Assembly (NCBI GenBank): GCA_047495785.1
Contig: JBLDXI010000029.1
Location: 3,472,001 to 3,536,000 of the forward strand
Length of the DNA: 64,000 nt
Direction: 5' to 3'
Origin: Lepidodermella squamata
Lineage: Eukaryota > Animalia > Gastrotricha
Shown one piece after another: positions 27,047-39,824 of the stretch. The position numbers and the translations under genes are program-made. The notes beneath the pieces were generated by a model, which did no database searches, was not told where the DNA came from, and saw nothing but the letters and a program-made list of their open reading frames with translations. Every line of letters starts with the position of its first letter. Positions within the stretch are counted from its first letter, which is position 1.

Positions 27047-28059
27047 TTATTTAATAATTCTCGTCCAAAATCGAAGTTTGTTAATATTTTTATCACGAAC
27101 AGCAATTTTTCTGATCAGATTGAAATCTCGGCCATGCCATGCCCACGCTTTTTGATCCGGGAAACAGTACGACGGTGTTAAAATCGTAGTCGGGGTATTT
27201 TCGAGAAAATACCTATTCAAATGGCCCTGTTCGTGGTATTTCGCCACAATTTTGTTCGAAATATCAATTTTAATATTCTCAGCCAGAGTTGACCACAATT
27301 TGATAACATTCTTCGCCAGACCGCCGTAGAAAGCTCCAGTGAAATAGATGTAAAGCGGGTCGCTAGGTGCGATGTAAGCTGTTGAGTTTGAGCGACGCTC
27401 GAATGGAAATCGTTCGGCTTTGTGTTTAAAACGACCAGGCGCCTGAGTTCCAACTAAATCGCTCAGAATTTCGCCGCCAACGCGGTCGACAAAATACATT
27501 TCAGCATCGAGAGAAAAGAAATAATCGTAAACCTGAAAATTCAAAATATTTGAAAATAAAATTTCGAAATCTTTGAATTTCAATTCTTGAAAATGTTCAT
27601 TAAAATAAAAAAATCCAATTAAAATCACTAACATTTTTTGAAAATTACCTCATCTAATTTCAGGTTTTTTGTTAAATTCAGGAAAATTTCCGGTCGAAAA
27701 ATTGAATCTCCAGGCCAGCCGTATCGTTTCTGTTTGAAATATCGAACATTCGGCAGCGGATTCCATGGGAATTTTTTATCGGTAAAAACGAAAAAATCGA
27801 CTTCAGCCTCATCTCGAAGGAGGTAATTATTAGCAGTTAGGAGTAGGTCATTGCTAAAATTAAGGTAGGCCCCAGTTGCCATGACGAAAAATGCCACTTT
27901 TGGCAACGCTTCACAGCCGCAAGATTCTGATGAGAATTGCGGGAAATTAATGAAATAATCGGCATTTCCATAGTTGACAAATCGATCGAATGCGAGGAAA
28001 GCTGCGATCAAGATTGCGACCAAGGCGAGAAATTTCTTCCTTCTATCACGGAGCTCCAT
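27047..28059 (-). CDS. GT6 family glycosyltransferase, copy 2
   Basis: ATGAY, FVFTD, FERRSNSTAYI, YFTGAFYGG, HLNRYF; two exons. Confidence 0.88.
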
Positions 28060-28203
28060 TGAATGAAATTTGTGAAATTCTCATAAAAGTGTTGAGCAAA
28101 AGAATTTTTGATAAATGAAACCTTTATTTTTTCACGAAACGATACAAGGCACGTGGCGACTTTCATTCACAAAAACATTTACGAGATTTTTTAAGTATTT
28201 TTT

Positions 28204-30027
28204 TCAATAGCGATTTGACATGATGTAGAGAAAGATGGCATCGCAAGCCAACGCCGTGGTGCCGAAAATGCCGGCCATATAAATGTCGAGAATTCGAATT
28301 TTCGATAAGCTCAGCAGGCCATGCTTGCCATTTCGGGTTGTCTTATCGACAGCTATTGGTAGAATTATAAGAGAATAAAGTGTTATGATGACGCCGCTGA
28401 TGAATTTTATAAGAACTATGTAGACCAGGTAGACGGGTTCCGAAGTTTTAGGAATTATCGAGAAAACCAGCGTGAGAAGGACTGAATTTCCCAATACGGC
28501 TGTGATTGCGAAAGAAGCTCTTAAAAAGGAGAAAACAAATGTTACAAGAAATAAAAAATCTTCCGAAAATTTGAGGAATCTGAATTTTAAATTTCCTATA
28601 AAAATTAAATAAAATCAATTTAAAATTTAAATTGAAACTCCAAATTTTGGGACTACTCCAAAACAAATGACGACATAAAAAATGAGGCCAAAAACTTGAC
28701 AATTAAGGCAATATGACGCGCGCACATGGTTTTTTCGATGAATATCAGTAAAAAACAGTAAAAAACCATTGTTAAACGTTAATTTTAACTTTGGCGGTTC
28801 TGGTATCACTTGTTTATTTTTTTACCTGTTTTGACGTTTTTGGCTTCTTTTGTTTTGTCTTGGCCGTTTTGGAGTAGTCCCCAAATTTTAAAATTTTAAA
28901 TGAAATTTCAAAATTTTAAATTTGTTAATTTTGTGTTGGCCATTATTGTGTTAGTGAAGTGAAAATTTGAAAATTGAATTTTTTTTAATTTTAATGAAAT
29001 TTCAAAAATCTCAATTGGAAATTGATTTTTTGAAATTAATTCGAAAAAAATAATTTCTTCTGAATTTTAATTGAAGGTTTCATTTTTTCAATTAAATTGA
29101 AATTTGATTTTTTCGATTTTAAAAATTTCATTAAAATTGATATATTTTTTATTTTAACCTGTCTGGCAGTTCTGGAGGCATGGCCAGGCTGAAAACTTGA
29201 AGCAGATACGTAGCCACTGTCGGTATCATAATATTCATAACATAGTAAACATATTTTCGCTTCAGGCTTATCGTAAACAGCAACTGAGTGTAATGAATGT
29301 CACTATCACTCGAGTAAGTTATTTTCTCGAAAGTTAAAGAATCATAAATCGAATCGGTAGCAAACCTCCAAACCTCTGAGTCGTCTAAAATACCGCCGTT
29401 TTTAATGATCATCGCCTCTATAGGGTGAAATTTGCGAGCTGAAAAATTGACGAAATCATTGCCCTGATTCGGCTCGAAAATCAGCGTGCAGTTCAACTTA
29501 TCGAAAGGAAATGTCTCGAATTTAAATGACAAACATTTGGTATCAATGCGCCGAATTCCAATGTACTGACCACGTGGTGGTGCTGCGATAGGAAATGGCG
29601 TTATCTTTATCTCATCGCCACCTTTTATATCGAAAGGTAGAGGATTCTCAACCGCGTTAAGGTGGCTTACGTAAGGATGCCAATAACGTTCAGCATCGAC
29701 GTAGAATGACATGTTTTCAAGCTTGTTGTAACTACATAATTTAGCAAGGCCGGCGTGATTTTCGGCTATTTGCCAGCAGTTCAAAACAGGGCACGGGTAG
29801 TACCAGCCGAATATGAAATAGACGAAAATTGACAGAGTTTTCGCGAGATCGTTGATTTCTAGTATTCGAACAAGTTGTAGGGTCACGTTGACTCTTAGCG
29901 GATCGCGAAAATCGTTAAGGGCTCCATTTTCAAAGAGCAAATTTAGGGCTCGAACGGGCGGGCAGGCATTTGCGAATGACTCTTCCAGGGCTTCAGAAAC
30001 AATTGCATTCATCGTGTTGAAAAACAA
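28204..30027 (-). CDS. Pentameric ligand-gated ion channel (Cys-loop receptor) subunit, copy 1; 5' end uncertain
   Basis: Cys loop C..FPFD..C, LKRK pre-M1, M1 IMIPT, four TMs; exons ~30027-29159 and 28519-28204. An in-frame TGA at 30028-30030 separates it from an upstream signal-peptide-like stretch. Confidence 0.82.
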
Positions 30028-30999
30028 TCACACAGCGGATTCGGTTTTATTTGAGTAGTGGAGAATCATGCTGCTAGGTTTTATGCAAATAAGCTCCACG
30101 GCAGTACAGGAAATGAGGAAAATGAGGTATTGAAAAAACTTGAATATGCATGTTTTTTGTAGATTTGATGAAAAATCATGATCGTCAATTACAGCAGCTT
30201 CCGCGAAGCAAAGCTAAGCTAAGCGGCGAACCCGTTCGTTGTCTTGTCCGCGAAGCCCCAGCATTTAGCAGAATAGCTAGCCGGAATGAGCTACAGCAGC
30301 TTCGCAACTGTCGAAAGAGGCGACACGGGATAGCAGCAGTGAAGGAAGTTGGATTATCACTGAAAGGGTGATGTCAAAAAACATTTCGATCGCTCCACTC
30401 GCGTATAGCTTTCGGCGCCCGTGCCTTTGACTAACAGGTTTCTGTTTGTTGACTTCAGCCAAGTGCCTACCCACTCACTCCACTTCTCATGTGAACATCT
30501 GAATATCTTAATACGCGAGCGAAGCGAGCTTTTAGCTCACGCTATTTTTCGGATTTTCTATTCAGAATGGTCAAGAATGTCGGCCTGTCTGAAGTCCGAA
30601 ATATGTCCCGTGTGGGTGAGCTGCAGCAAAGATAGAATAATAAAAGTTAGGAAATATTGGCCTTACGACCCCCTTCGTACGACATAAGATATGGAAGCAT
30701 AGAAGATATGGCAGAATGAGAATATTGTATGCCCATCAACCCTGGGCTACTATTGTTTAACAAGTGCTGTGGAATAAAGGAACTCTCTCCTAGCGGCTAT
30801 CGTAAAATTAGAGGCAAGTATCAGCCAGGAATGCAGAATATATATGAAAATCGATGTTTTTCTATAACGAAATTTGTTAACTCGGACCATCTGTTTAGGA
30901 TTACGATTACCTGTATAGAAGCGCGATGTTATCATTTCTTGGGGGCGCAACATTTCGCGAAGAGGGGGTAAACCCCCCTCACCTCCCCCCTCCCACTAC

Positions 31000-31360
31000 T
31001 TCCTACACTGGACAGTAGCCTGACGGTTTCGAGTTTCGATAAGTTCTTCACTGACCTCGGAAGCGGTACGATAAATGCCAGCTTCCACCTCTCCGACGAG
31101 TAGGCAATAATTGCGAAAATGACGCAGGTAACTCACAAAACAAAGGACCGCCCTTCTTGATGAGAATGCTCGAGATCTTATCACGCCCTGGAGCCTTGAG
31201 CTTCGAGCGCCGCACCGAGCTTCTCATCTCAGCCTTCGAGATTATGACTTTCTCGTCAATCTCCCTGGTTTCGATCGGGTTAAACAACTCCCGATCTTCT
31301 CGAACAACCTTCTCGATCTCGGCGTGATGTGCCTTGATCTCCGAATCGTTCTCGACCTTG
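31000..31360 (-). mobile_element. Non-LTR retrotransposon ORF2 fragment (region just upstream of the RT domain)
   Basis: ISKAEMRSSVRRSKLKAPGRDKISSILIK matches the KAPGxDxI motif of LINE ORF2. Confidence 0.65.
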
Positions 31361-32349
31361 GTTCAGTTTGCATGAAGTTTGCATGGACGTAGGTATAAGT
31401 TGTACCGGATTACGGTATTAACAATAGAAATTTCACGTTTGCAAAATATGCATTTCATAACTGGTGTAGCAGAGAAACAAGAAGTGAGCCGATGACGAAG
31501 GGGTTGATTTTTGCCGCGGTAGTGTACATATACGTCGTGCGATGGATGTTCTACGTCGTCCTCGTCGTCATGAAATTGCGCAGACACAGTGGTGCGAGTT
31601 GATAAGGCGCCGCTTTGATGCGGGAGCCGCCGGATCAGCAAGTGCTGCAGCGCTGCCGCTGGTAGCTAGAATCGGAGGCGTCGACGGTTGCGCACCCGCA
31701 GCACTGTAATGAGCATCGAAATGGGCGATCGAACAGGCAATAACAGCCTAGGCACTAGGAACTCTAGGGAAGCGGAAGGAAGTCCAACTCTTCGGCGTCC
31801 TCAAAGGCGTCATCGAGTGGCCCGTCACCAAATTCTCTACCCACTCCAAGCCATAGAGGAAATGGATGAAAGACTTGCCCTCGCTTCTGCTAATAGACGT
31901 GCATATTTCCAACAATGCATCACAACTTAAACCCTCCAGGATATCACGCAGCAGTTGACGATGGGCTGGTTTATGCTTTTGGCTGTTTCCGCCCTTGAAA
32001 AACTCGAAAAGCATCATCTCCGCATTCGAAATATTCCTTCTGTGAAGAAGGAACAATCTGTCTTTGTCATAAAGATCGACGTCATTTGACGTTCTTAGAC
32101 GAGGCAATAAGACCAGACATGGTAGACCTGGCAAGCTTGCAGTCAGGTTCAAGTAGAGAGCTTTTTTTAAACTCGACAACACTGTACTCAAAAGTGTTCA
32201 CCGGACAAATGAAGAACCACAAAGGACCCCCAACTTTTCTTGTTCCCCCCAACCACCGCACGAACTCCGTCACGAACTCCGCCAACCGCAGAGTGGAGGT
32301 CGTCGACATTTTTTAAATTAAAAAAAAATTCGAAAATTAAAAAAATGAC

Positions 32350-32727
32350 CTCATCTAATTTAAGAGTTTTTGTTAAATTCAGGAAAATTTCCGGTCGAAA
32401 AATTGAATCTCCAGGCCAACCGTATCGCTTTTGCTTGAAATACCGAACATTCGGCAGCGGATTCCACGGGAATTTTTTATCGGTAAATACGAAAAAATCT
32501 ACTTCGGCCTCATCTCGAAGGAGGTAATTATTAGCCGTTAGGAGGAGAACGTTGCTGAAATTCAAGTAGGCCCCAGTTGCCATGACGAAAAAAGCCACTT
32601 TTGGCAGCGCTTCACAGTCGCAAGATGACGAAAATTGCGGAAAAATAACGAAGAATTCGGTATTTCCATAGTTGACAAATCGATCGACAAAGGCGAGAAA
32701 TTTCCTTTTTCTATCACGAAACTCCAT
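32350..32727 (-). pseudogene. GT6 glycosyltransferase copy 3, exon 1 only
   Basis: Near-identical to copy 2 exon 1, but the signal anchor is largely deleted and exon 2 is replaced by unrelated DNA. Confidence 0.8.
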
Positions 32728-32876
32728 TAAATGTAAATGCTGAATTTCTCATGAGATTTTTAAATCATCAACCGAGCAACATATTCAGTTTTCCATAAAA
32801 ACAACTTTTATTTTTTCACGAGACGATACGAAGCCCGTGGCGAATTTTCGTTCAGAAAAATAAAAACGAATATTTT

Positions 32877-33754
32877 TCAATAGCGATTTGTCATGATGTA
32901 CAAATAGATGACATCGCAAACGAAAGCCGTAGTGCCGCAAATGCCCGCCATATAAATGTCGAGAATTCGAATTTTCGATAAACTTAAATGACCATACTTG
33001 CCGTTTCTGGTTTGCTTATCGACAGCTATCGGTAGAATTATGAGGGAATACAGTGTTAAGATGATGCCGCTGATGAATTTTATGACAACTATGTAGACCA
33101 GGTAGACGGGTTCCGAAGTGTGAGGAATTATTGAGAAAACAAGTGTTAGCAGGACTGAATTTCCCAATACGGCTGTGATTGCAAATGAAGCTCTAAAAAA
33201 AGAGAAAACAAGGAACATAAATAAAACATAACGAAACCTCCTCAAACTTATGAATGTTCATGGCATAATTTTTTAAAAATTGGCAAATTTATTGAAAAAT
33301 GATTAAAAATGAAGCTTCGATTTAAATACCTATCTGAATTTTGATTCGAAAATCAATTTATTTGATTTCACTTGAAAATTAAGGAGTAATTTTTAAAAAT
33401 TTTGATCATTTTTTAGGAATTTCAAATAAGTTTTTAGAATTGTATTTCAACCTATCTGGCAGTTCCGGAGGCATGGCCAGGCTGAAAACTTGAAGCAGAT
33501 ACGTAGCCATAGTTGGTATCAAAATATTAATGATGTAATACAAATATTTCCGCTTCAGACTTATCGTGAACTGCAACTGGGAGTATTGAATTCCGTTTTC
33601 ATTTGTGTATGTTATTTTCTCGAAATTCAACGAATCAGAAAGTTGATCATCCGCAAATTTCCAGATCTCTGAAGTGTCTAAAATTCCGCTTGAATTCATT
33701 GCTTCCAGCGGGCGGAAGCTGCGAGCTGAAAAATTGACCAAAATGTCAGCTTGA
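32877..33754 (-). pseudogene. Cys-loop receptor copy 2, 3' part (disrupted by the insertion)
   Basis: Paralog of 28204-29470; the frame continues at 63504 when 33755-63503 is removed. Confidence 0.9.
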
Positions 33755-34205
33755 TGATTGCGCGAGGACCACAGGTCCCCTTAGGGGACGGAGGCCCCCA
33801 TAGACAAGCCGCGCCAGCGCGTATGCTATACGCACCGAATGGTGAGAGAGGTTATACGAGAAACAAAATCATGTGCTATTTCACAAACTATGACAGATAG
33901 AAAAAAATAAAAAATACCAAAAAATCAGCCGCGGTTCCAAATGATAAACAAAGATTTTTCAGCTATACGGCATGAACAGCTGATTTTTAAAAAATAAATA
34001 ACGAAATAACGCGAATTGTTATGCAAATTTATTCATTACCTTGACCTTACGGCGCTAGGTCACGAGAACCACCGTGCGCGCGCGGCGACACTTACTGAGC
34101 TATTACGCCTGATTACGCTAGAAGGGCCGTATCGATAGCGCGCATTACATTTTAAAGACTTTGAATTTGCAGCCCACTTGCCTCCCTCCCCGGGGGGAGG
34201 GAGGC
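33755..34205 (+). other. 5' terminal module of element A with hairpins
   Basis: TGATTGCGCGA start; hairpins gtcccc-tta-ggggac (33775-33789), gcgtat-gct-atacgc, and a 12-bp GC stem at 34180-34205; homologous to 55828-56296. Confidence 0.8.
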
Positions 34206-34225
34206 TTCTGACATCTGCTCAGCGA

Positions 34226-36095
34226 AATCAGGCGTTGTCAGGCGAATCGAGTGCATTTTGAATGGTAACGCCATGACGTACAGCCGCGGAGATACACGTT
34301 AGAAACCAGTTTCGACGCACACACGCACCACAAAAGTGGTTCGGCTACGAACCATTTCTTTGGAAAATCACAGAAAAATCAATTTCGTTCCGATTTTTGC
34401 AAATCAAGTGTCATTTTAACAGGCGCAAAATTCCCTACAAACGCAGCCTGGTTTTCAGATGAACGCGAACGATAGCGTTGAGCGCGCTCATGAAAACGTT
34501 ATTTACAAGCCATTAAAAATACGCGAAGTAGTGCGCGCGCCTGTGTGTGCGAGCTTACGCCATGTAATACATTTTTTCTTTAATTATACGCACTCATAAA
34601 CAATAACCGCTGCTGAATCAGGCGTTGTCAGGCGAATCGAGTGCATTTTGAATGGTAACGCCATGACGTACAGCCGCGGAGATACACGTTAGAAACCAGT
34701 TTCGACGCACACACGCACCACAAAAGTGGTTCGGCTACGAACCATTTCTTTGGAAAATCACAGAAAAATCAATTTCGTTCCGATTTTTGCAAATCAAGTG
34801 TCATTTTAACAGGCGCAAAATTCCCTACAAACGCAGCCTGGTTTTCAGATGAACGCGAACGATAGCGTTGAGCGCGCTCATGAAAACGTTATTTACAAGC
34901 CATTAAAAATACGCGAAGTAGTGCGCGCGCCTGTGTGTGCGAGCTTACGCCATGTAATACATTTTTTCTTTAATTATACGCACTCATAAACAATAACCGC
35001 TGCTGAATCAGGCGTTGTCAGGCGAATCGAGTGCATTTTGAATGGTAACGCCATGACGTACAGCCGCGGAGATACACGTTAGAAACCAGTTTCGACGCAC
35101 ACACGCACCACAAAAGTGGTTCGGCTACGAACCATTTCTTTGGAAAATCACAGAAAAATCAATTTCGTTCCGATTTTTGCAAATCAAGTGTCATTTTAAC
35201 AGGCGCAAAATTCCCTACAAACGCAGCCTGGTTTTCAGATGAACGCGAACGATAGCGTTGAGCGCGCTCATGAAAACGTTATTTACAAGCCATTAAAAAT
35301 ACGCGAAGTAGTGCGCGCGCCTGTGTGTGCGAGCTTACGCCATGTAATACATTTTTTCTTTAATTATACGCACTCATAAACAATAACCGCTGCTGAATCA
35401 GGCGTTGTCAGGCGAATCGAGTGCATTTTGAATGGTAACGCCATGACGTACAGCCGCGGAGATACACGTTAGAAACCAGTTTTGACGCACACACGCACCA
35501 CAAAAGTGGTTCGGCTACGAACCATTTCTTTGGAAAATCACAGAAAAATCAATTTCGATCCGATTTTTGCAAATCAAGTGTCATTTTAACAGGCGCAAAA
35601 TTCCCTACAAACGCAGCCTGGTTTTCAGATGAACGCGAACGATAGCGTTGAGCGCGCTCATGAAAACGTTATTTACAAGCCATTAAAAATACGCGAAGTA
35701 GTGCGCGCGCCTGTGTGTGCGAGCTTACGCCATGTAATACATTTTTTCTTTAATTATACGCACTCATAAACAATAACCGCTGCTGAATCAGGCGTTGTCA
35801 GGCGAATCGAGTGCATTTTGAATGGTAACGCCATGACGTACAGCCGCGGAGATACACGTTAGAAACCAGTTTCGACGCACACACGCACCACAAAAGTGGT
35901 TCGGCTACGAACCATTTCTTTGGAAAATCACAGAAAAATCAATTTCGTTCCGATTTTTGCAAATCAAGTGTCATTTTAACAGGCGCAAAATTCCCTACAA
36001 ACGCAGCCTGGTTTTCAGATGAACGCGAACGATAGCGTTGAGCGCGCTCATGAAAACGTTATTTACAAGCCATTAAAAATACGCGAAGTTGTGCG
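34226..36095 (+). repeat. Tandem array 1, 390-bp unit, ~4.8 near-identical copies
   Basis: aatcaggcgttgtca recurs at 34226, 34616, 35006, 35396 and 35786. Confidence 0.97.
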
Positions 36096-36525
36096 CTTAC
36101 GGGAAGTAATAATTTTTACATTCGTTATCTATTTTCCCTCTTTCATCGTGTTGGATTTCTTTTATACGTTGTCTTGAGTACGTGTTGATTGTTTTTCATT
36201 TTTTTTGCTAGCATTGATGCTGAAATTCATGACATGACGTTATAATTGATGTTTCATCCGCTGACATTGCGTCACACCTGTATTCAAGGACAATACACCT
36301 GATAATTGATGAAGTCTTGTGTAATACAAGTCATCGATGTCGACCGGCGTATACTGACTCATGATGCAATTGTCGGCGGAGTGATCGTTTCTCGCCGTCT
36401 GGCGTTATATAAGCAGTTACTTTTACGCTCGATTTTCGTCTCCAAGTGCGGCGATTTCATTCAGCGAATCTTTTCTGAATTTTAAACGATTTAACACGAT
36501 TATCAACGTTTTAAACGACCATATC

Positions 36526-37695
36526 ATGTCGAAAACTGAAGAGTAAGTTTTTGTCCCTTAACGTTGTGCTTTCCTAATACGGTACATTTTTGATAACAGT
36601 TTCTCAATGGTGGGCATGTATTTGAAGTCGAACAAGCTACAGAAGGCTGCGGAAGAAGTCAATTTCGAATCGAAGCTGATAAGTATCGACGCTGTTTCTT
36701 CGGACCCCACTGACGGTCGGCGTATCGAAGGCGTGCTGCTTCACGCGAAGAAGCGAAACTGTGACACTTCGGGCAACCGTTTGAAGCCTTCAACGCCACA
36801 AACAAGCCGTGCAAATTCTCGCAGCGATGAGGCGTATTTACGCTTCTTGGTTTTCAGGTACGTAGCTTGAAATTCGTGCCTAGCAAATAACAATTTTATC
36901 CTTTTTAGTTGCGTCGATGATAGCAGCGAAGTTTTCGTTGTCGTTATCAAGGACAGTCCCGCGGGCCGACTTGCATTGTCGTTTGGAGATAGGTTAACAC
37001 CCGGTGCGCGTCTTTCAATCAGCAATCCTGTTTTCGTGAGCATCTGGAAATCAATGAAAATGATCAGCACTGACTGTCTTGTGCCAGCGATCTCGTCTGT
37101 CCCGCGCAACAAAGTCGAATTACCTGTTGAAGGCATCCCTCTTGCCGAGCGATTCCACGCTTTTCGCGTCGACATCGACCGCGTCGAGGTTCTGGAGGTG
37201 GCATTTTGCACTGCCTGTGGCCGAAGCTGCGACGGCCGTTACGGCACCGCTTGTACTTGTGTCGGAGGATTCCGCTTTGTCACTATCAAATCGCTTCCCG
37301 GCGTGCGTATCCGCGCAGCTGCCTTCAACGGACTCAGTTGTGCGCTGTATTACTCCGTGGATCTGATGCGGAGCATGTTCACCGATGAAATATTTCAAGG
37401 CGATTGCGATTATGGCGCTATCACCCGCCACATCCGTCGCTCTTTGGAAAATCATCTTGGCGGTTTCCGCGCAATTTTCTGGACAAAGCCATCGAAGGCT
37501 TCCGGCTCCGATGTTCCATCGTTTAACCGGGTTCACATCGCACGTTTAATTCCGTTAGGCGACCCGTTGCCAGTTTTCGTTGCAGCTGGAAACAGATCTG
37601 CTGCTGCCCGCGCTGACGCTTCCAATGCACTTGCTGCTGACAATCAATCCAATGGAAATGAGGAAAGCAGTGGTCCGGTCAACGGCGGAAACTAG
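36526..37695 (+). CDS. Putative RPA-like OB-fold ssDNA-binding protein with Zn ribbon (353 aa; exons 36526-36542, 36600-36857, 36909-37695)
   Basis: Phase-compatible GT-AG introns, poly(A) signal at ~37793, beta-strand pattern plus CTACGRSC..CTC. The OB-fold call is inference. Confidence 0.6.
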
Positions 37696-37889
37696 AACAG
37701 ACAAATCTCAGCTCGCATGTTGTTACTGCTTCCAATGATATCTTAAGACTAATCATATTGTTGTTTCATGATAATGACCTTGTGTTCTGTCAAATAAAAA
37801 CTCGAATTAGCCGAACTTTGTTCTTTTTAATTTATTACTATGAGTAATTTAAAAATTCGAAGCTTCCTATGGCAGAAGATAGCAATAGC

Positions 37890-38583
37890 GTCAGGCGAAT
37901 CGAGTGCATTTTGAATGGTAACGCCATGACGTACAGCCGCGGAGATACACGTTAGAAACCAGTTTCGACGCACACACGCACCACAAAAGTGGTTCGGCTA
38001 CGAACCATTTCTTTGGAAAATCACAGAAAAATCAATTTCGTTCCGATTTTTGCAAATCAAGTGTCATTTTAACAGGCGCAAAATTCCCTACAAACGCAGT
38101 CTGGTTGTCAAAGGAACCCCAGCGATAGCGTTGAGCGCGCTCAAACGAACGCTATTCACAAGCTAATAAAAATACGACAAGTTGCGCGCGCTAGTGTGTG
38201 CGAGATTTCGCCAAGTAATAATATTTTTTTTCAATTATTCGCACTCATAAACAATAACCGCTGCTGAATCAGGCGTTGTCAGGCGAATCAAGCGCATTTC
38301 GAATGGAAACGTTGTGATGTACAGCCGCGGAGATACACGTCAGAAACCAGTTTTGACGCACACACGCACCACAAAAGTGGTTCGGCTACGAACCATTTCT
38401 TTGGAAAATCACAGAAAAATCAATTTCGATCCGATTTTTGCAAATCAAGTGTCATTTTAACAGGCGCAAAATTCTCCACAAACGCAGTCTGGTTTTCAAA
38501 TAAACGCGAAAAAGAGCGATGAGCGCGCTCATATAAACGATATTTACAAGCCATTAAATCTTTGTGTGCCTGTGTGTGCGAGG
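37890..38583 (+). repeat. Tandem array 2, ~1.8 units, hybrid of the 390- and 398-bp variants
   Basis: First unit has the gtgcattttg..gttagaaacc variant; second has the gcgcatttcg..gtcagaaacc variant. Confidence 0.9.
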
Positions 38584-38917
38584 TTATTAGTACTGCCACG
38601 GATTTGCAGCCGATTCTCTCGCGGATGTCACATGCCTTTCATCATTCTATTACGCTGATCAGTTTCTGATTCAAGCGCTGAAGGTCACGCTGCCATTTGC
38701 GTCATCGGTCACCGTTTTTAAGTCTGATCATTACACGTAACTGTCGGCAGCTATGTCGGCAGCTCAATAATGGCGACCAATATAACGGACGCAACGGCAG
38801 TGTCGCATCGGCATCTAGAAGTGCAGTTATTAAGTGTTAATATTTCTGATTTCCGATGTCTTTCCTGTAATGGCCCATGTTTTCCTTAATAACTTTTAAC
38901 CTTTTTTTAGAAATTAA

Positions 38918-39115
38918 ATGCCTCAAGCTATTTATGATGTGGAAGTCGAATTTCCAGAAGGAATTTTCATCCTTCCAGCGTTAGCCGACCCGGTCTTACC
39001 CGGTATTTACTGGGTAATCGGAGAAAACATTCGCGTCATCTACCCAGAGGAGGCCGAAAGGGCAGCTGCCATTGCCGAGAAAAACAGTGAAGACGATCTA
39101 CCAATGCTGGAATGA
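38918..39115 (+). CDS. Small acidic 65-aa protein, unknown function
   Basis: Follows the acceptor ttttttag; its poly(A) region (~39285-39325) resembles the one after the RPA-like gene (~37792-37832). Confidence 0.5.
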   Translation: MPQAIYDVEVEFPEGIFILPALADPVLPGIYWVIGENIRVIYPEEAERAAAIAEKNSEDDLPMLE

Positions 39116-39496
39116 AGCTGGCACGCTTTGAAGTACGCTTTGAAGTATACCTGCAGCGTAATTACAAACTAAACTGCATTGTGCAATGAGATGTTGTTAT
39201 TTGCCACATTTGTTTTTGTGTGACTTCATTCAGTTCAGTAACACTCACATTGCGTCTTTTAAATCAATGACATCATGTTTTCTTAAATAAAACATTCAAT
39301 TAGACAAACTTGGTTCTTTTTCATTAAATCACTGCCGATGACGGCTGATGACGCAATGACGCAGGTGATAAGCTGGTTGAGCGAAGAATAAGCTCAGATG
39401 AGTACGTAATTAATATGTAGATATGTAGAAAAAAAACAATGGCTGAAACAAGCTCAAAATCAAAGCTCAGATGGAAGAACCAAGGCCGAAAACACC

Positions 39497-39816
39497 GAAA
39501 AACGGGCCACAAGAAAATTGGTGGGCCTGGAACGGACGTTTTTCATCAATTAGAAATGTAAAAAAGGCGATATCACCCCTTCCGTAGAGTTCCCCTCTGA
39601 AGAAGGGAACTTTACCGCCCCTCGTTCACGAAGTTCGAATACAATATAAACAAAGAAAGTATTTCATTCAACAGCACTTAAAAGTCGAACAAAAATGATG
39701 AGGGTGCATAAAAAGGAAGCACGGAGAAACTCGGCAGAAAAAATGGAGCCCTCGAACGGTTTGTGAGTGAGGCTGTAAAAAGCTGTTTGACAGTTGAAAC
39801 ATCGACAAATTGCTAA
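39497..39816 (-). repeat. Inverted internal copy of element A's 3' UTR/terminal module (pairs with 55501-55823)
   Basis: Reverse complement is alignable over ~320 bp including the gttccc..gggaac hairpin; the terminal CTGGA is not intact. Confidence 0.92.
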
Positions 39817-39824
39817 AGAGCAAT

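Noticed and set aside
1321-30030. Stop-codon reassignment suggested by two in-frame stops (P450 TAA, channel TGA)
   Set aside because: The two codons differ, both terminate other genes normally here, and long exons elsewhere contain no internal stops.
31363-32316. Overlapping short ORFs next to the truncated GT6
   Set aside because: No recognisable motifs; probably TE debris.
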